Positions 1 through 13,124 of a stretch of DNA of 64,000 nt are shown piece after piece. Origin of the DNA: Vicugna vicugna. Its lineage: Eukaryota. Under the pieces are notes generated by a model. That model ran no database searches. It saw only the letters and a list, made by a program, of their open reading frames with translations, and had not been told where the DNA came from. A program made the position numbers and the translations under genes. The DNA is taken from assembly GCA_013265495.1 (NCBI GenBank), contig MU057503.1, positions 434,001 to 498,000 on the forward strand, written 5' to 3'. Position 1 is the first letter of the stretch. Every line of letters begins with the position of its first letter.

Positions 1-1560
1 AGTGTAGAACACTGCTAGAATCTGTCCTGGTGCCTCTCCAGGTAGGGGGCCATCTGTGTAGCTTGGGGTCTAGGTCAAATGCGTCTTCTGTCTCCTTTTC
101 CCCAGCGTTTTGTACAGGATTCTAATCCAATTGAAATTCACATCAATAGCAATGTTAAAGAGGAAAACCTAAAAGGAAGAAAAATTTTTTAGAAAGGGGT
201 ACTGGAAAAGAAGAGGGGAGTTTTTAGCTGAAATATTTTGCCTTGGAAAATAAATACGCTCATGTAATTCTGTGAGTCAGTGAATATGTGTGCATAAACA
301 CACACTTCCTTATTTAACCAGTATTACTGAATATCACGGTGTGACTCCTCCAGTACACGAGCTTCTATGAGGATAAGATAGAGACCACGGATTCTGCAGG
401 ACTGGTTCCAGCAACAGTTGGGCACGGTGCACTGTGTGGGGCCTGGGAGATGCTCTGATTTCCCATATCTTTAGGGGAGGTTTCTGCATAATACTAGCAT
501 GCATATGCATTCTCAGATTTAAAAATAATACTGAGTTCTAAGGAAGACTGAGAATCCATTAACAATAACATCTTTCCATAAACCAAAAGCTTCCAGAGCC
601 TTAGTAAAAAAGAAACCATCTAACCATAAAAATGAATTTATTACTATGTGCATTTAATTCATAAGAGGAATTTTCCCTAATATTTAGGGTCTTTTTGGTT
701 TTCGCTTTGTTTGTTTTTTATTAACATTTGTAGTTGTTTAGTCAAATACTGAATTTGAGTTCAAAGACACATCTCCTCTGAGGATGGAGTCTAATAGGGC
801 CAAGTAAATAATGGAAAACCTGTTTCCAAGTTTGGCAGAGCAATGCTCTCTAGTCTTCCCGTGGCAAACAGGGTATGTGACTTTTTCAGTGAGCTACAAA
901 AGTGAGCTGTTCATTCCTACACAGATGAACGTGCTTGATTTATGTCTTCCCCTCCTCCCTTCTTTGCTTAGTTCCTTCATTTCTTCCTTCTCCTTCGTTG
1001 CCTCATTTCTAAGTACTGTATGACTGTTTGGGGGGAGAAGTGACATGGCACTAGAAACAAAGGGTACACACACAGTCACATCCTGCTGACTCATCATGGG
1101 ACTAGGAAAGTCACTAATCAGGAAACCAGGGGAGTCAGTGCTGGTTAGGTAGGTGGTTGACTGAAGAGGCGGGGACGCAAGCTGGTGACTTCAGGGCCTG
1201 TGCAGTGGAACTTGCACTGTTCCCATTGCCACCACTCATCTAGGGGCTTGGATGACCCAGCAGTGAGTTATTTTGTGCAAGAGGCAGCAAGGGCTTTAGA
1301 TCAGGTGGCCAGAGGGTTATTTCCTCTCTCTGCTAATTAATAGCTCTGTGACCTCAGGTGAATTTCTTTATCTCATTTATCCTCAGTTTCCTTGTTTGTC
1401 ATACCTACCATGAAAGGTCGTTTTGAGAATCATAATCAAAGTGCCTGGCAAAGTCCTGACACAAGGAAGGTGTTTGTAAGTAGTTATTTGAAGTAGTCTA
1501 AAAGGTCTCTTTCACACTCCTCACACACCCATATAATCTCAGTCTTAATCTGTCTCTCTC

Positions 1561-1606
1561 ATGCACATGCGCTTGCACGCACGCACGCGCGCACGCACAC
1601 ACACAC
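1561..1606. repeat. Alternating purine-pyrimidine (CA/CG) microsatellite
   Basis: atgcacatgcgcttgcacgcacgcacgcgcgcacgcacacacacac. Confidence 0.85.
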
Positions 1607-2418
1607 AGCAGTCACCATTCTAAGCTCCTAAAATTTGTATATGCACCTTACCATTTTAAGAGTGGCCTTCTGTCATCAGGCAAATGGTCGTATTGCCAGT
1701 TTAAAGGAATACTCAGGAAATGGCTCAGAGAAGGATAAAAAGCACAAATGTATTTTTTTCTTAAAATTATGCTTTGGTAATTTTAGCTCTTTATCTTCCC
1801 TGCCTCATTGTGATGTCTGCCAACACCGTCAAAAACAATAGCCAATCCAAGTCTCGTCTTGTTGACGGAAGCCTAGCCCGTCGGGTCTAGAACCCCTTGT
1901 AGCCTGCTAGCATTTGTAGCAGCAATTGTATCACACTGCTTGGATCGACAGATGAATGGCCAGGAGTCATTCTGCATGTGGCCTTTCAGCTCTACAGAAA
2001 CGATAAAACTTACCCACACAAATGGCTGCCCCCAGGCCCAGGGCGGTGGACCTGCAGGCTGCACCTTCATTGAGTGAGTGCCACATCCTCCTGGCTGCCC
2101 TTCAGGGCAAAGATGCAAGACCCCTGAGTACCGTGCAGCCCGGCAACAGGCTGGGAGCGTGCGGCAGCCCTGCGAGGGAGGGCTCTGTCTTTGCCGAAGT
2201 GTATAGTATTGCTGTTGTGACATGTGTCTTTTTAGTTAGAAGCAATAACTCTTCCCTTGTTTAAATGACAGATGGTTGGGACAGTTACTTCTGTTTCCAG
2301 CAAACCCATAAGAGGACAAACAAACAACTGACATTCAGAGTTCCTGGTTTCCAAGAACACTAGGAAAACTGTGAAACAGTGTACTTTGTACTGTGTAACA
2401 GTAAGGTTACACAGAGTT

Positions 2419-2880
2419 CGTGGTCAGCAGAACCGCCCCCCTCCCCAGTGTCCATGACCCAATCCCCAGAACCTATGAATATGTTAGGTTACATGGCAGA
2501 GCATCGTGATTGCAGATGGAGTTAAGATTGCTGATCAGCTGCCCTTAAAAAGCAGGGAGATTATCCTGGATTCCCCAGTGGGTGCAATACAATCACAGTG
2601 GACGAGGGGGGCAGAAAAGTCAGTCAGAGAAAGAGCTATGACTCTGGACTCAAGGTTAGAGTAATGTGACTTGAGGACCTAGCCTGCCATTGCTGGCTGT
2701 GAAGAGGACAGAAGGGCCATGGGCCAGGGCATGCAGGGAGCCTCGTGAAGGGCAAAGAAGTGCTGTCTCCCCTGAACCTTGAGAAAGCCCTGCCAACACC
2801 TTGATATTAGCCCAGTGAGACCCATTTCAGACTTCTGACCTCCAGAATTATAATAAATACATCTGTGTTAAGTCATTAGA
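2419..2880 (+). mobile_element. MaLR LTR (MLT1D-like)
   Basis: aatccccagaacctatgaatatgttaggttacatggca...gggagattatcctggatt...gccaacaccttgatattagcccagtgagacccatttcagacttctgacctccagaa. Confidence 0.85.
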
Positions 2881-4696
2881 ATACTTATATTCTAGAAAAT
2901 TAATACAGCATTTAACTCTGAATGACTAAATATCTCAAACTGATGAACCCAGATTTCCTCTCTTCTTTCCAGGAAAGGAGCTATTACCAGTGAAATGACC
3001 AGGCAAAGGCAAGGAGGGAAGTCTGCAGAGGGCCCAGCCTGCTGGTTAGACTGGTCTCCCCTCTCTCCCTGTCTCAGTGATCCTCTGCCGCCCTGACGTG
3101 GGCCAGGCGGGTTCTTCCCCACGTTGCCCCGGTCCTCTCGTGGCCTCGCCTTCTCCCCGTTGTCTTTCTCACTCTGACTGGAGGTAGCAGTGGCCCAAGC
3201 TAGCCCAGGAGGGAAATGGACATTGCTACTAGTTCCCCCATGCCCCTCCACACTGCATAGTCCCTGGGGAAGAGTCTTGAAGGAAAGGAAGCAAAGAACA
3301 AGAGGAGTAGACAGGAAAAGAGGTGCCTGAAAACAGTCAGGCTGGAACCAGTAATGTGAAAAGTGACAACCAGGAGCTGCCACCTCATCTCATTGACTCA
3401 GCTGTCACCGGTCTCCTTAGCACAGTAATTCCAGGGCATTCTCTACCAGGGCTCAGCGTGTGTGCCGTCTCTGCGCTCTTGGTGGTACAGCAGACCCTCC
3501 GCTGGTTCTCTAAACAGCTGACTGCACACGTCGCGCTCTGGGTAGTTTAGGATGCAGAGTGCTCTGAGTGTCCCTAGCCCATTGCCATCTGTGATCTATA
3601 CAAAATTTGATACGCTCTTCACGCTGGTCAGATATTCACTGCTCCTCCACGTGCATTTGGCCATGCTGTGGGTACAGGAAGCGGTGGTGGGCAGCAAGGA
3701 GCCTGCTTTCTGGAGGAGAATGATTTCTCTGGGATCACCATAAGCAGCTCTGTTTCCTAGGCACAGTATACAAGCAATTTACTGCAGGTGTTGTCCTAAA
3801 GACATGAGCTTATCTAATTTAGACGAAAACAGAAAAATCAAAGTTCCTCCCCTGAGGGTTGGTCAGTGATTCTGTACGTCTCCAAGAGCACAGTAAGCGC
3901 TTTCTTTGGAATCTGGGAGGTGCTTCTGGGGCACGAGGAAAGAACACTCCACTACTCTGATGGGATCTCCCAGGTGTGCCAAATAGTGCCTGGGTGTCTT
4001 TCCAACCACCTGTTGTCACTGTAAAACTTTTATCAGATGACTTTATATACTGGGCAGAACCAAATCTTTAAAAGGGACGATGTGACAACTTAATTCCCAT
4101 CATGCTCTAGGCGTACCCCTGTCAGGGCCGCATCTTCATTAGAGATGGAAGAGATTGACGGTGTCTCATTCTAATCACCTGTGTTGCTCCAGCCTGCTGA
4201 CCAATCTCCTTGGCTTCTTTCCCTGCAGTCTTGCCCAGGAACTTTTGTTAGTGGGAGATCTTTTTCAAAAAACACTGAGCCACCCCTCTTCTTCCCTCCT
4301 GCCTCCTTATCTGAGTTTGATGCTCTCATAACACCCTACACTTTCTCCTTTGTCAGTAGTCATCACAGCAGACTGTAATCGCCTGCTCACTCGTGCACCT
4401 CCCGCTAAACTGACCTGTGGCAGCTGGCCCCCACCTCTCATGTGTCTGTCTGTGTGTCCACCACTCAGCCCGGATGCCAGGAGGCAGACAGTACCTGGGG
4501 GCGTGTTGAGTAGAAGCCACTTTGAGACCTAAGAACTTACAGTGGTTCCCCATTGTTTATCAGATCAAACCCAGACTCTTCATTTCAGTTCTCCACTCCT
4601 TTGATTTTTCTTGACTACAAGCTTTCAGCTCTCCCCTTGGCCCTCATCTGGTTCCTGCGTCCTCGTGCTGCGGATTGTCTGCTCTGCCAGCCCATC

Positions 4697-5172
4697 TGTG
4701 GTAGCTGGTCTCCAAAGATGGCTGCCTTCAGTTTCTTTTCTTTATGCATGGTCCCCTCCTCCTACCACAGAGACATGGGGCCTGTTCCTCTGCCCCCTTG
4801 AATCTGGGCTTGCCTGTGACTAATTTCACGAGTAGATGATGGCGGAAGTGACACTGTGCCAATTCTGGGCCTATTCTATGCAGTCTCTCTCTTGGAGCCC
4901 TGAACTGTCACTGATAAGTCCAGGTGAACAAGCCACGTGGAGGAGGCTGAGGTGCCAGCATGTGAGTGAAGGAGCCCTCTCAGACAGCCCACCCGGCTGA
5001 GCCTCCAGGCATCTCCAGTCCCAGCTGCTGTCTGGCTATTACTGCGTGGGCGATCCCAGGCAGGGCCAGTCAGTGGGGTTCAGCCAGCCCGCCGAATCAG
5101 GAGATAGCAGTGATAGGTTTAAGCCACTAAGTTTTGGGGTAATTTGCTATCCAGCAATAAATACCCTAAATA
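4697..5172 (+). mobile_element. MaLR LTR (MLT1F/G-like)
   Basis: tgtggtagctggtctccaaagatggctgcc...gggcttgcctgtgact...tttaagccactaagttttggggtaatttgctatccagcaata. Confidence 0.8.
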
Positions 5173-5607
5173 CCATCCTTCAAAGTCCCAACCCTGGACG
5201 TTCTGTAGAGCTTTGCCTTGCTAGTCTAGCTGACATTGGTCCCTTCTCTGATTGCCGTAGAACCTCTCAGTACCACACATTTTGTTACCCAACCACGCAT
5301 ATTATTTTCCACTTCTTCTATGCTAACCTAGACAGCATGAGCAAACTCCATGATCTTTGAAGACACCAGATAATGGAAATATGTCTCTTGCAATCCCTTC
5401 GACAAGTCCCAGTGCTGGACAGCAATGTAACTAATAAGCTGTTGAGTTAAATTAAAAGCATTGATCATTGTAGCTCTCGGCCAACTGTTTTGGCTGTGAC
5501 TCTTCCTCATGGTATCTTTTGGAGCATTCCTTCAAGTCGTGGTTAAGAAAGTACGTGTGGCCGCAGGCGGCCCTTAGGATTCTTCCACCTGAAGACAGTA
5601 TGGGATA

Positions 5608-5800
5608 GAGCAGGGGTGCTGCAAGTCTGACCCTGGATCAGCAGCATCAACGTCACCTGGGAACTTGTTAGACATGTAGATCCTCGGGCCTCCCCCAGAC
5701 CTCCGAAATTAGAATTGCTGGGGCGTGGGGCGCAGCATTCTGTGTTTTAACAAGCCTTCCAGATAATTCTGATGCACGCTGAAGTAGGAGCATTGCTCTC
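5608..5800. mobile_element. MER5A-like hAT-Charlie DNA transposon relic
   Basis: cagcagcatcaacgtcacctgggaacttgttagacatgtagatcctcgggcc...tctgtgttttaacaagccttccagataattctgatgcacgctgaagt. Confidence 0.8.
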
Positions 5801-8800
5801 GTCGTGGAAAGAATCGCAGTTTTAAGGTCAGAAGGTCTAGGATGACATTTATTAAATGTGCACCTACTCGTGCAAGGTACTGCGTTCGGAGCGGGGGATA
5901 CTAAGATGACTGTAGGTTCGCCTCTGCCCTTGTGTGTTGAGGGGGGACGATGGTGGCCGTAGTATTTACATACACAGAAATGAGACGTACCCCAAATTAC
6001 CTGTACGAAACCTGCACACTGAATGAGATAGTCCTAGATTTTTACCTTCACTTTTCTGTGTGTGGATCAGATGCCATTATCATGAACTTCATTAAGTTTT
6101 AGGAACCCTTTTAATTAGGATATGTTTTATTAAAGATCACTCAGTTAGTAGGCCTTTCAATAATGCATACCCAAGTATTCATGCTGACTGTAGAATGGAA
6201 AAATCTAGATAAGTAAAAAGAAAGTTAAAATCACTTATAGTCCCACCACCCATAGATAATAATTATAGCCAATGTCATTTCAATGTAATTTCTTCCAAAC
6301 TTATTAATGTCTGGGTCTTTTTTCCTTTCTGCATATCTGCCTTATGCTCTTACTGTAACATACTGTGACCATTCACTCATTTCCGGAAGCTTCAACATCT
6401 TTCGGTGAAATGGATACAGCACTGTCATAATGGTGTTTCCCTGGGAGTGAGCCTGGCTGTTCCAGGTGTGGGTGCAGCTAAGTAGTAGTGGAGACGGTCA
6501 CGGGTTCCCCCTTTTCACCCCGTCTGTGTTCATCTTTCCCTTTTGTTTATTCTCTTTTCTGATTAATCAGCCCCCCTTCTCTCCACTGCTCCGAGTTTTC
6601 CTCCTCTCACTTAAGCTTTGTTTTCCACCCCGGCTGGCAAGACCTTCCACCTCTTCTCCCCTCGTCCTTCATGGAGTGATCGACAGGCGTGGGAGACATT
6701 CCCTGAGCCTTGCAGGTGCTTAGACACACTCTCTGATTCTCGCAGCTCTCTCTGCATACCTCGATCACTGTGCTCTCTCAAAGGCACATTGCATATTAGG
6801 GTCTGCTGCCAGGAACCACAGGTCTCTTACTCATCTCCACATTCCCTAAGACAGGTGAAAGGGCTACTGTAATGTTTGCAGAACGAATAAATAAAACCCC
6901 AAGGCCTGTCAGTCACCCAGAACTGCTATTCCCAAGGGCCAGACCCACTGGCACGCCCCTAGGCTATACAGCTTCTGTCCTTGGTACTCAGGCACTGTGA
7001 TTCCTTCAAGGAAGCCTCTGAAAAAGCTCAAATCCACATCGCAGGGAGGTATGGAAACAATACAGCCGAAGAGGGAAGGAGGTGCTTTGAGGTAAGACAG
7101 GAAACGCACAGCACAGGAGACAGAGGACTCGGCCCGCCGCTTGCGAGGGCTCAGGGCCCACGGCTGAGGGAGTGTGTTCTCTGAGACGGGGTCGGGACCG
7201 CTGCATCTTACAGAGGAAACCAGAACCACTGCAAGGCACAGCCTGCGAGGCTGCCTGAAGTAAGACAGAAGAGGTGCTGTCCTTTCTTCTTTAACTGAGG
7301 CCAGCAGTCAGTCCTGCAGTCGTAATTCTGATCCTTGACAATGAGCGGTTCAGAGGGAGGAGGAGGAGGAGGCTGGGAGGCGAAAGAGGGAAGGGAGAAA
7401 GAGAAGCATCTACGGAGTGGCCGGGGAGGGAGCTTCCTCGTGAGCAAAAGAATGCAAACGCATGGAGCTGATTTTGGTGGTGGTGACAGATGAGCTTCCT
7501 GCGGCGTCCTAAGAACAGCCCGGCGGGGGAAGGGCCGGGGAAGGGCCGAGGGGCAGAACCAGACCTTTGTGTGGGTTTAGGGGATGCTGCTGCTTCGCTG
7601 CCAGCTCATCTGTCCTTAGAGAAAACACGCCAGACTTGAGACAGAACGCTAGGGAGATAGCACGTAGTAGTTTCTGTGTCACGTGTCAAGTTTAGAAGAG
7701 GAGGATTATTTTAAGCTAAAAACAATTTCACTTGGAGTTGAGTTCTCTTCTGTGGTTTTGGCTTGCTCTGCAGTCATTATGGCCAGATGTGCTTGAAGAA
7801 ACACACAGTTTTCCATTATGTTCTTGAGAAAATTAGGAGACACCTGACTGCTCACCTGTTTTGGGGGTGGTATTTCTGGCATCTTACAAACATTTACTTT
7901 CACTAAGAGATGAGATGCAGCTTGAACTCGCATGTGTTGGGTCCTCATCAGGCACAAAGCAGGGCTGTTCTTTGCCTCCTTTATGCTGGGTGATCACCCA
8001 CGCCTAGTGTGACCTTTGCCCTCTGGGACTAACTCCTCCTCATCCTTCATGACCCAGTGCAATGGGTCAAGAGGTGCAGAAAACCCTCCCTGACCCTTCC
8101 TCAACTCTTAAACTCTGAATCTCCACAGCAGTCCTTCATACCTCTGTTACATTTAGGGAGCTGGACGCAGGAGGACCTGTGTGTCATGTGCACATGCTTT
8201 GTGTGGCCTGTTGCCCCAACAGATCCTGCCCACTAACCTCCAAATCCATTTTTGTCATTCTGGGAGGTAACCCTTCCCTTCCATTCCGCTTAGGTCTGGT
8301 AATAGGACTAAATGGGCCACCTTCTTTTCTACTCAAGCAGCATTTTATGAGATTAGTCAGTGATGACAGGCAGCCCTCAGCCCCCACTGGGCCAATTCTA
8401 CCTGGCAGGATCGCACTTGCCCACCTTGAGAGGTGGCAGGACAACTCCTAGGCGCCTTTTCGACCGGCTTGAAAGCTTCCCATAACCTGACAATGAATGA
8501 AATGTGCAACCTTCCAATTTGGTGACATTTAAGGCAACCACTATTGCTTTCAGGCAGCAAAATAAATTGGTACTCAGCTGCTCCTAGTCTATTTTTCTGG
8601 TTGGAGCTATAAATAAAAGAAATGATTGTGCCACTGCACGTGTGACACCAACCTGCCCCCTCCCTAGGCAATCACATTCTCTCACTCGCTTTCAGGCTTT
8701 ATTCTGGTCCCCCCTGAGGAACAGAGTGTTAAGGATTGTATTTGGGGGGTTGCCTAGTGCTGTCTGTCTACATTTGAGTCCTACACACACAAATATAAAT

Positions 8801-9479
8801 GTGTACATTTGAATTGCCTATTCACCCCTACTGTATTTGTAATTCATTCATATGGAAGTATTTTCCGCTAAATATTGTAACTTCCCCAATATTCTTATTT
8901 AGTCCCTTTTATTCAAGAGACCAAGTTGCATCACTGAAGGGTGACATTTAAATGACAGTTACTACAGTAACAGAGTAATGACCTTGTGAAGTGTGGTATA
9001 TTGGTGTGCTTATCCAGTAATTTCATATCCCATAAATACTAGTCGTGATGTCTGAAGAGAACCCAAAAGGCAAGAAATATTTTTTCCCACACAAGTGATT
9101 CGGAAATACATTTTTAGAAGCACGTTCTGGATACTTTTTTACCCCATATTCCTTCCCTTCTGAGCCGTAAGTGTTGTGTTCCCACCCTACCCCCCCACCC
9201 CTCAATTAAACATTACAAATAAAAACAAGAAATCACTCTTCCTGCTCTCCTTCCCACTCCCTGAGGCCTATACAAACATAAAGGGGGAAAAAAAAGGAAT
9301 CTGTCAAATCAAAAGATCTTTACTCTCTCTCTCTCTGAAACTAAATCTGCTTTAATCAGTATGCTAGCACATTCTGTCCAACTCCCCGACTTTCTAAGCA
9401 ATGCATTATTCCTTCAGTTTCTGCCAAAGCTAAACCTTTGCCAGGTCTCAGCCGGCTCTACGTGGAGGCTGTTGCCAAG

Positions 9480-10520
9480 TTGACTTCCCTGTCTCAGTCC
9501 AGAGGCTGCCCCCCAGCTCTGCTCGAAATTAATAAAGCCAATCAGAAATGCACAAAAGCCGCCGGCCAATCACTCTTCTCCAAGCGTTTGCCGTCTCCTC
9601 TGCGGTCAAATAAATCATGTTAAAGCTATTACACCAATGACCATAAATTAGGGGGCCTGGCGGTGGGTCCCTCCGGAGGACACGGCAGGCTAAGATTATT
9701 CCAGCGCTGGGGTGAGGGGATGCAGGTTCCCGCGGCGGGGGAGGGGCGGCGAGTATCCGCGGTTACGGCAAACCCCAGCCAGGCGCGCAGCCTCCCGGAG
9801 GACTGGCGTGTGGGCTGCGCCCAGCTGTGGCCACGGCGCGGCTCGATCCCCCAGGTGCGGGGACTCCATCTGCACGGCTGCGCCAGACTGTTTACAGCCG
9901 GGGTTCGGCCAGTGATTGCTGGCTTGGAAAACTCATTTCTCAGCCCGGCTTTTATTTACACTCTTATTAGGGAGACTTCATTCACATCGGAATGGCAGCG
10001 AGTGGCTGCGCCGAGCTTGGCCCCGGGCCAGCCAGCGGATCTGGAGCGGCTGAGCCACAGGGCTGCCCTCGCCAGCGACCTTCCGTGCAGAGCGCGGGGT
10101 GGGCGCGGGGATGAAGGCGCCTGAAGCCCCGGCGCAGCCACCTCAGCGTTTCACCACCACCCTGGAAAAGTTCAGTGGCTTTGTGGCTGAATTTCTCCTT
10201 GTGTTAGCGTGGCCGGGCAAGGGGGCGGGGAAGTAGTTCTTTGCAAACGTGGAACGTGAGAAGACGAAGAGTGGTGTGCTTTAACTCCCATCCAAAACCG
10301 TAGGTCGAGATTCCATCCTCCCCCAGACCGCTTTCCACCCGCCCGAACCTCCCCTGCCGGGTGTAGCCCACGCATCCAGTGAGGATGGACTGTAACGACT
10401 CCCAGGAGGGAAACTTCCCGGCTGTTCTTTCCGTTGGCACCGCCTAAAGCCCCGAGCCAGCCGGCGCCTGTGCGTGTGAGCCTGCATGTCTTGAAAACCC
10501 GCCAGCATTCTCGGCACATC
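9480..10520. promoter_or_regulatory. Intergenic CpG-island-like element with a CCAAT/homeodomain-motif-rich left flank
   Basis: Dense undepleted CpG from ~9660 to 10520; CCAAT at 9538, 9566 and 9634; TGATTTAT (minus) at 9610-9617; CCATAAA at 9641. No recognisable repeat or coding sequence. Confidence 0.65.
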
Positions 10521-11116
10521 TGGGGCTCCTAACCATGCATATTCATACCCAAGAGCAGCTAAAGCCAGGTCAGCTACTTGGAGACAATGAACTGTGTTCT
10601 TGAAGGCTGACCAAGCCCAGGAATTCGATAAAATGACGACGGGCAGTCTCCTCTCTGAGTCCTGTGCAAATTGTCATTAACACTTGAGGCAATTTTTCAC
10701 CCCCCAAAGGGACAAAGGAAACAGGGAGTGTTGCCGGCGGGAGGGGGTGTCAGTTTCTACTGTCTGTCTCTTGCCTATAGAAGTCCTCAGCCCTGGGAGG
10801 AGTGGGGAGCATCCTATTCTTTTCTCCTGTGTCTGGTCCCTCTTGGTTTACCTGTTCCCCCTCCCTTCCTCTTACCGTCCTCCCATCTGATGGCATCACT
10901 CTTCTCCTTTCCTTCCCTTTGTTCCCAGAGAAGAGTGGGTCCTCTTCTGCCCTCCTGACCCTCATTTCTATCACTTTGATCAGTAATTCCCTCTCCTAGT
11001 AGCTCGGGGGCACAGTCACTCTTCTGGGCTCCAGTGGCACTAGGAAGAGGACGTAAGAGCAATAATGCTGGACATACTGCTGCTCCCCCACAGGCCTGCA
11101 AGCCAGTGAGGGGCAC

Positions 11117-11510
11117 TGTTCAGGGCTGAATTATGAGCCCCAAAGTTCATGTGTTAAAAGTCCCAAGGCACAGCACCTCGGAATGTGACTGTACTTGGAG
11201 GTAGAGACTTTAAAGAGGTAAATAAGGTAAAATGAGATTATCTAGGTGAGGCCTAATCCAATATGATTGGTGTCCTTTAAGAGGAAACTTGGACAGAGAC
11301 ACCAGGGATGCACACACACAGACAAGACTTTGTGAGGACAAGGAAAGGCCACGCCAGGCCTGCAGAGACTCCTCAGGGGGATGCCTAACCTGCCAACAGC
11401 CTGACCTTGGACTTGGTCTTTGGGTGTCCAGAACTGTGAGAAAATAAATTTCTGTTGTTGAAGCCCCCCAGTCTGTGGTGTTTTGTCAGGGCAGCCCAAG
11501 CCAACTGACA
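11117..11510 (+). mobile_element. MaLR LTR (MLT1A/B-like)
   Basis: gggctgaatt...cacctcggaatgtgactgtacttggaggtagagactttaaagaggt...ccagaactgtgagaaaataaatttctgttgttgaagcccccca gtctgtggt. Confidence 0.85.
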
Positions 11511-11709
11511 GAAGCACTAAAGAAGCCGGCTCTCCTCCTCCAGGACTTGGAAGCTCCCTCAGGATGGCTTGGGCCTGGCATGGCCTTTTCTGTTGTTGGT
11601 ATATTCTAGGTGATCTTGTTTTTTTGATAAGAAACTACCAACCAGTGGAATTTTGGTCAGTAGAGCTTTAGTCATACCCTTTCTGTTTAATTTTCAGTTT
11701 TGTCCTGTG

Positions 11710-11891
11710 TAGGTTTTCCAGGTAAAAAATACAGGATACTCATTTAAATTTGAATTTCAGAGTAACAGCAAATAATCTTTTAAGTATGTCCCAAATATCA
11801 CATGGGACAAAATTGTTTTTAAAAATTCTTTATCTGAAATTCAGATCTGACTAGATGTCTTATATTTTTTATTTGTGAAATCTGCCAGCTA
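11710..11891. mobile_element. MER53-like palindromic hAT DNA transposon relic
   Basis: aaaatacaggatactcatttaaatttgaatttcaga...taagtatgtcccaaatatcacatgggac...tatctgaaattcagatctgactagatgtctt: imperfect self-complementary arms around a gtccca/tgggac centre. Confidence 0.8.
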
Positions 11892-11919
11892 GTTCAGATG
11901 TGTATGTCCAATATCTTTA

Positions 11920-12085
11920 CACAGTGGTTCTCACATTAGAATCAACTGGAGAACATTTTAAAAATACTGATGGCTGGGTCCCTCCCTGGGGGGATTTGGA
12001 TTTAATTGGTTTGAGGCCTTGTCAGGATTTTTTTTTAAAGCTCCCAGGTGATTTTAATGTGCAGGCAGGGAATAGAATCCCTGCA
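11920..12085. mobile_element. MER5-like DNA transposon relic
   Basis: cagtggttctcacattagaatcaactggagaacattttaaaaatactgatggctgggtcc...aaagctcccaggtgattttaatgtgcag. Confidence 0.75.
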
Positions 12086-13124
12086 GGAAGACAGGTATTA
12101 GCTAATTTAATGTTCATGGCTAGTGAATTGTTGGGTTTAGGTTCCCTCCAGCTTAAACTCTTTGGGTTTTGTTCTGCTAAAAAATGTCATCTTATCACTC
12201 TTGTTGCTAAGCCCAGAGGCAGAGGTCAAGTAGATCATCGAAAAATGCCCTGTTTGTATGTGAAACGGTCTTATTTCAGGTCAGCTGAGCCCACAAAGAG
12301 AAGTGTCAGGAGCTGTAATACTGATACCATTGCAGCAAATGACTCTCCATCCCGACACTTGAGGTCTTATAATAAGTGCAGCTGGGTACCCTGGTCAAAG
12401 ATTTACCTTTTACCATTGCTTTTATCACAGCTCAGTGCTCAAGAATGTAGGACCTGTTTTAAGCACACTTCTAGTTCAAGAGGAACTTGAACATAATTTT
12501 GTTCAGTTCTTCCAGACCCTCGGTATCTCTCGGACTTCGGCTACTAATTGGCAGGTATGGAGAGCTAAAGCTTATCTGCTGCTTACTTGTTACTGAAAAA
12601 TTTGTGGAAAGTTCAGGTTTCGAGGCTAATACCCCTGGGCTAGCACACCATTCTTTCTGCTTGGGTAAGGGCCTTATATTTGACTCTGGTACTCAATTTC
12701 ATCCTGAAAATAAGCCTTGCCAACATCAGCGTTCATAATAAGGGCTAAGGAGATGCTGGCATAGAGCTCCAGCTGAGTCAGAGTCAAAACTAGAGCGAGA
12801 GGGAAATAAAATGTCTGTGGAAGAAATACATTTTACTGAAGATGGTGTTGGTGGGTCAGATGATACTGCCTAATTAGTACAAAGTTAAAGATTCAGGGAT
12901 GGAGACTGATGTGAAGGGCTTTGTTAAAGATGCTGTCTAAATGAACATGTATGCGATGGAGGTCTTGTAACTACTGCTTATTCTCTGATGAGACATTCAG
13001 AAAACTGTACGGGAGTGTAGGAGAGAACTTTGGATTTAAAATTCTGGCTTTGGTGCTGCTTGGCTCTGGGTCTTTGGACAACTGCTTAACCTGCTGAAAA
13101 CTTCACTTCTTCATCTGGAGAAGT

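Noticed and set aside
2391..2414. 9-bp hairpin ctgtgtaac/gttacacag (and a 10-bp one at 58387-58413)
   Set aside because: Short AT-rich stems of about the length expected by chance in 64 kb, with no supporting context.
11900..12490. 196-aa plus-strand ORF
   Set aside because: Starts at a non-ATG codon and runs through a MER5-like relic; no recognisable protein similarity or splice support.
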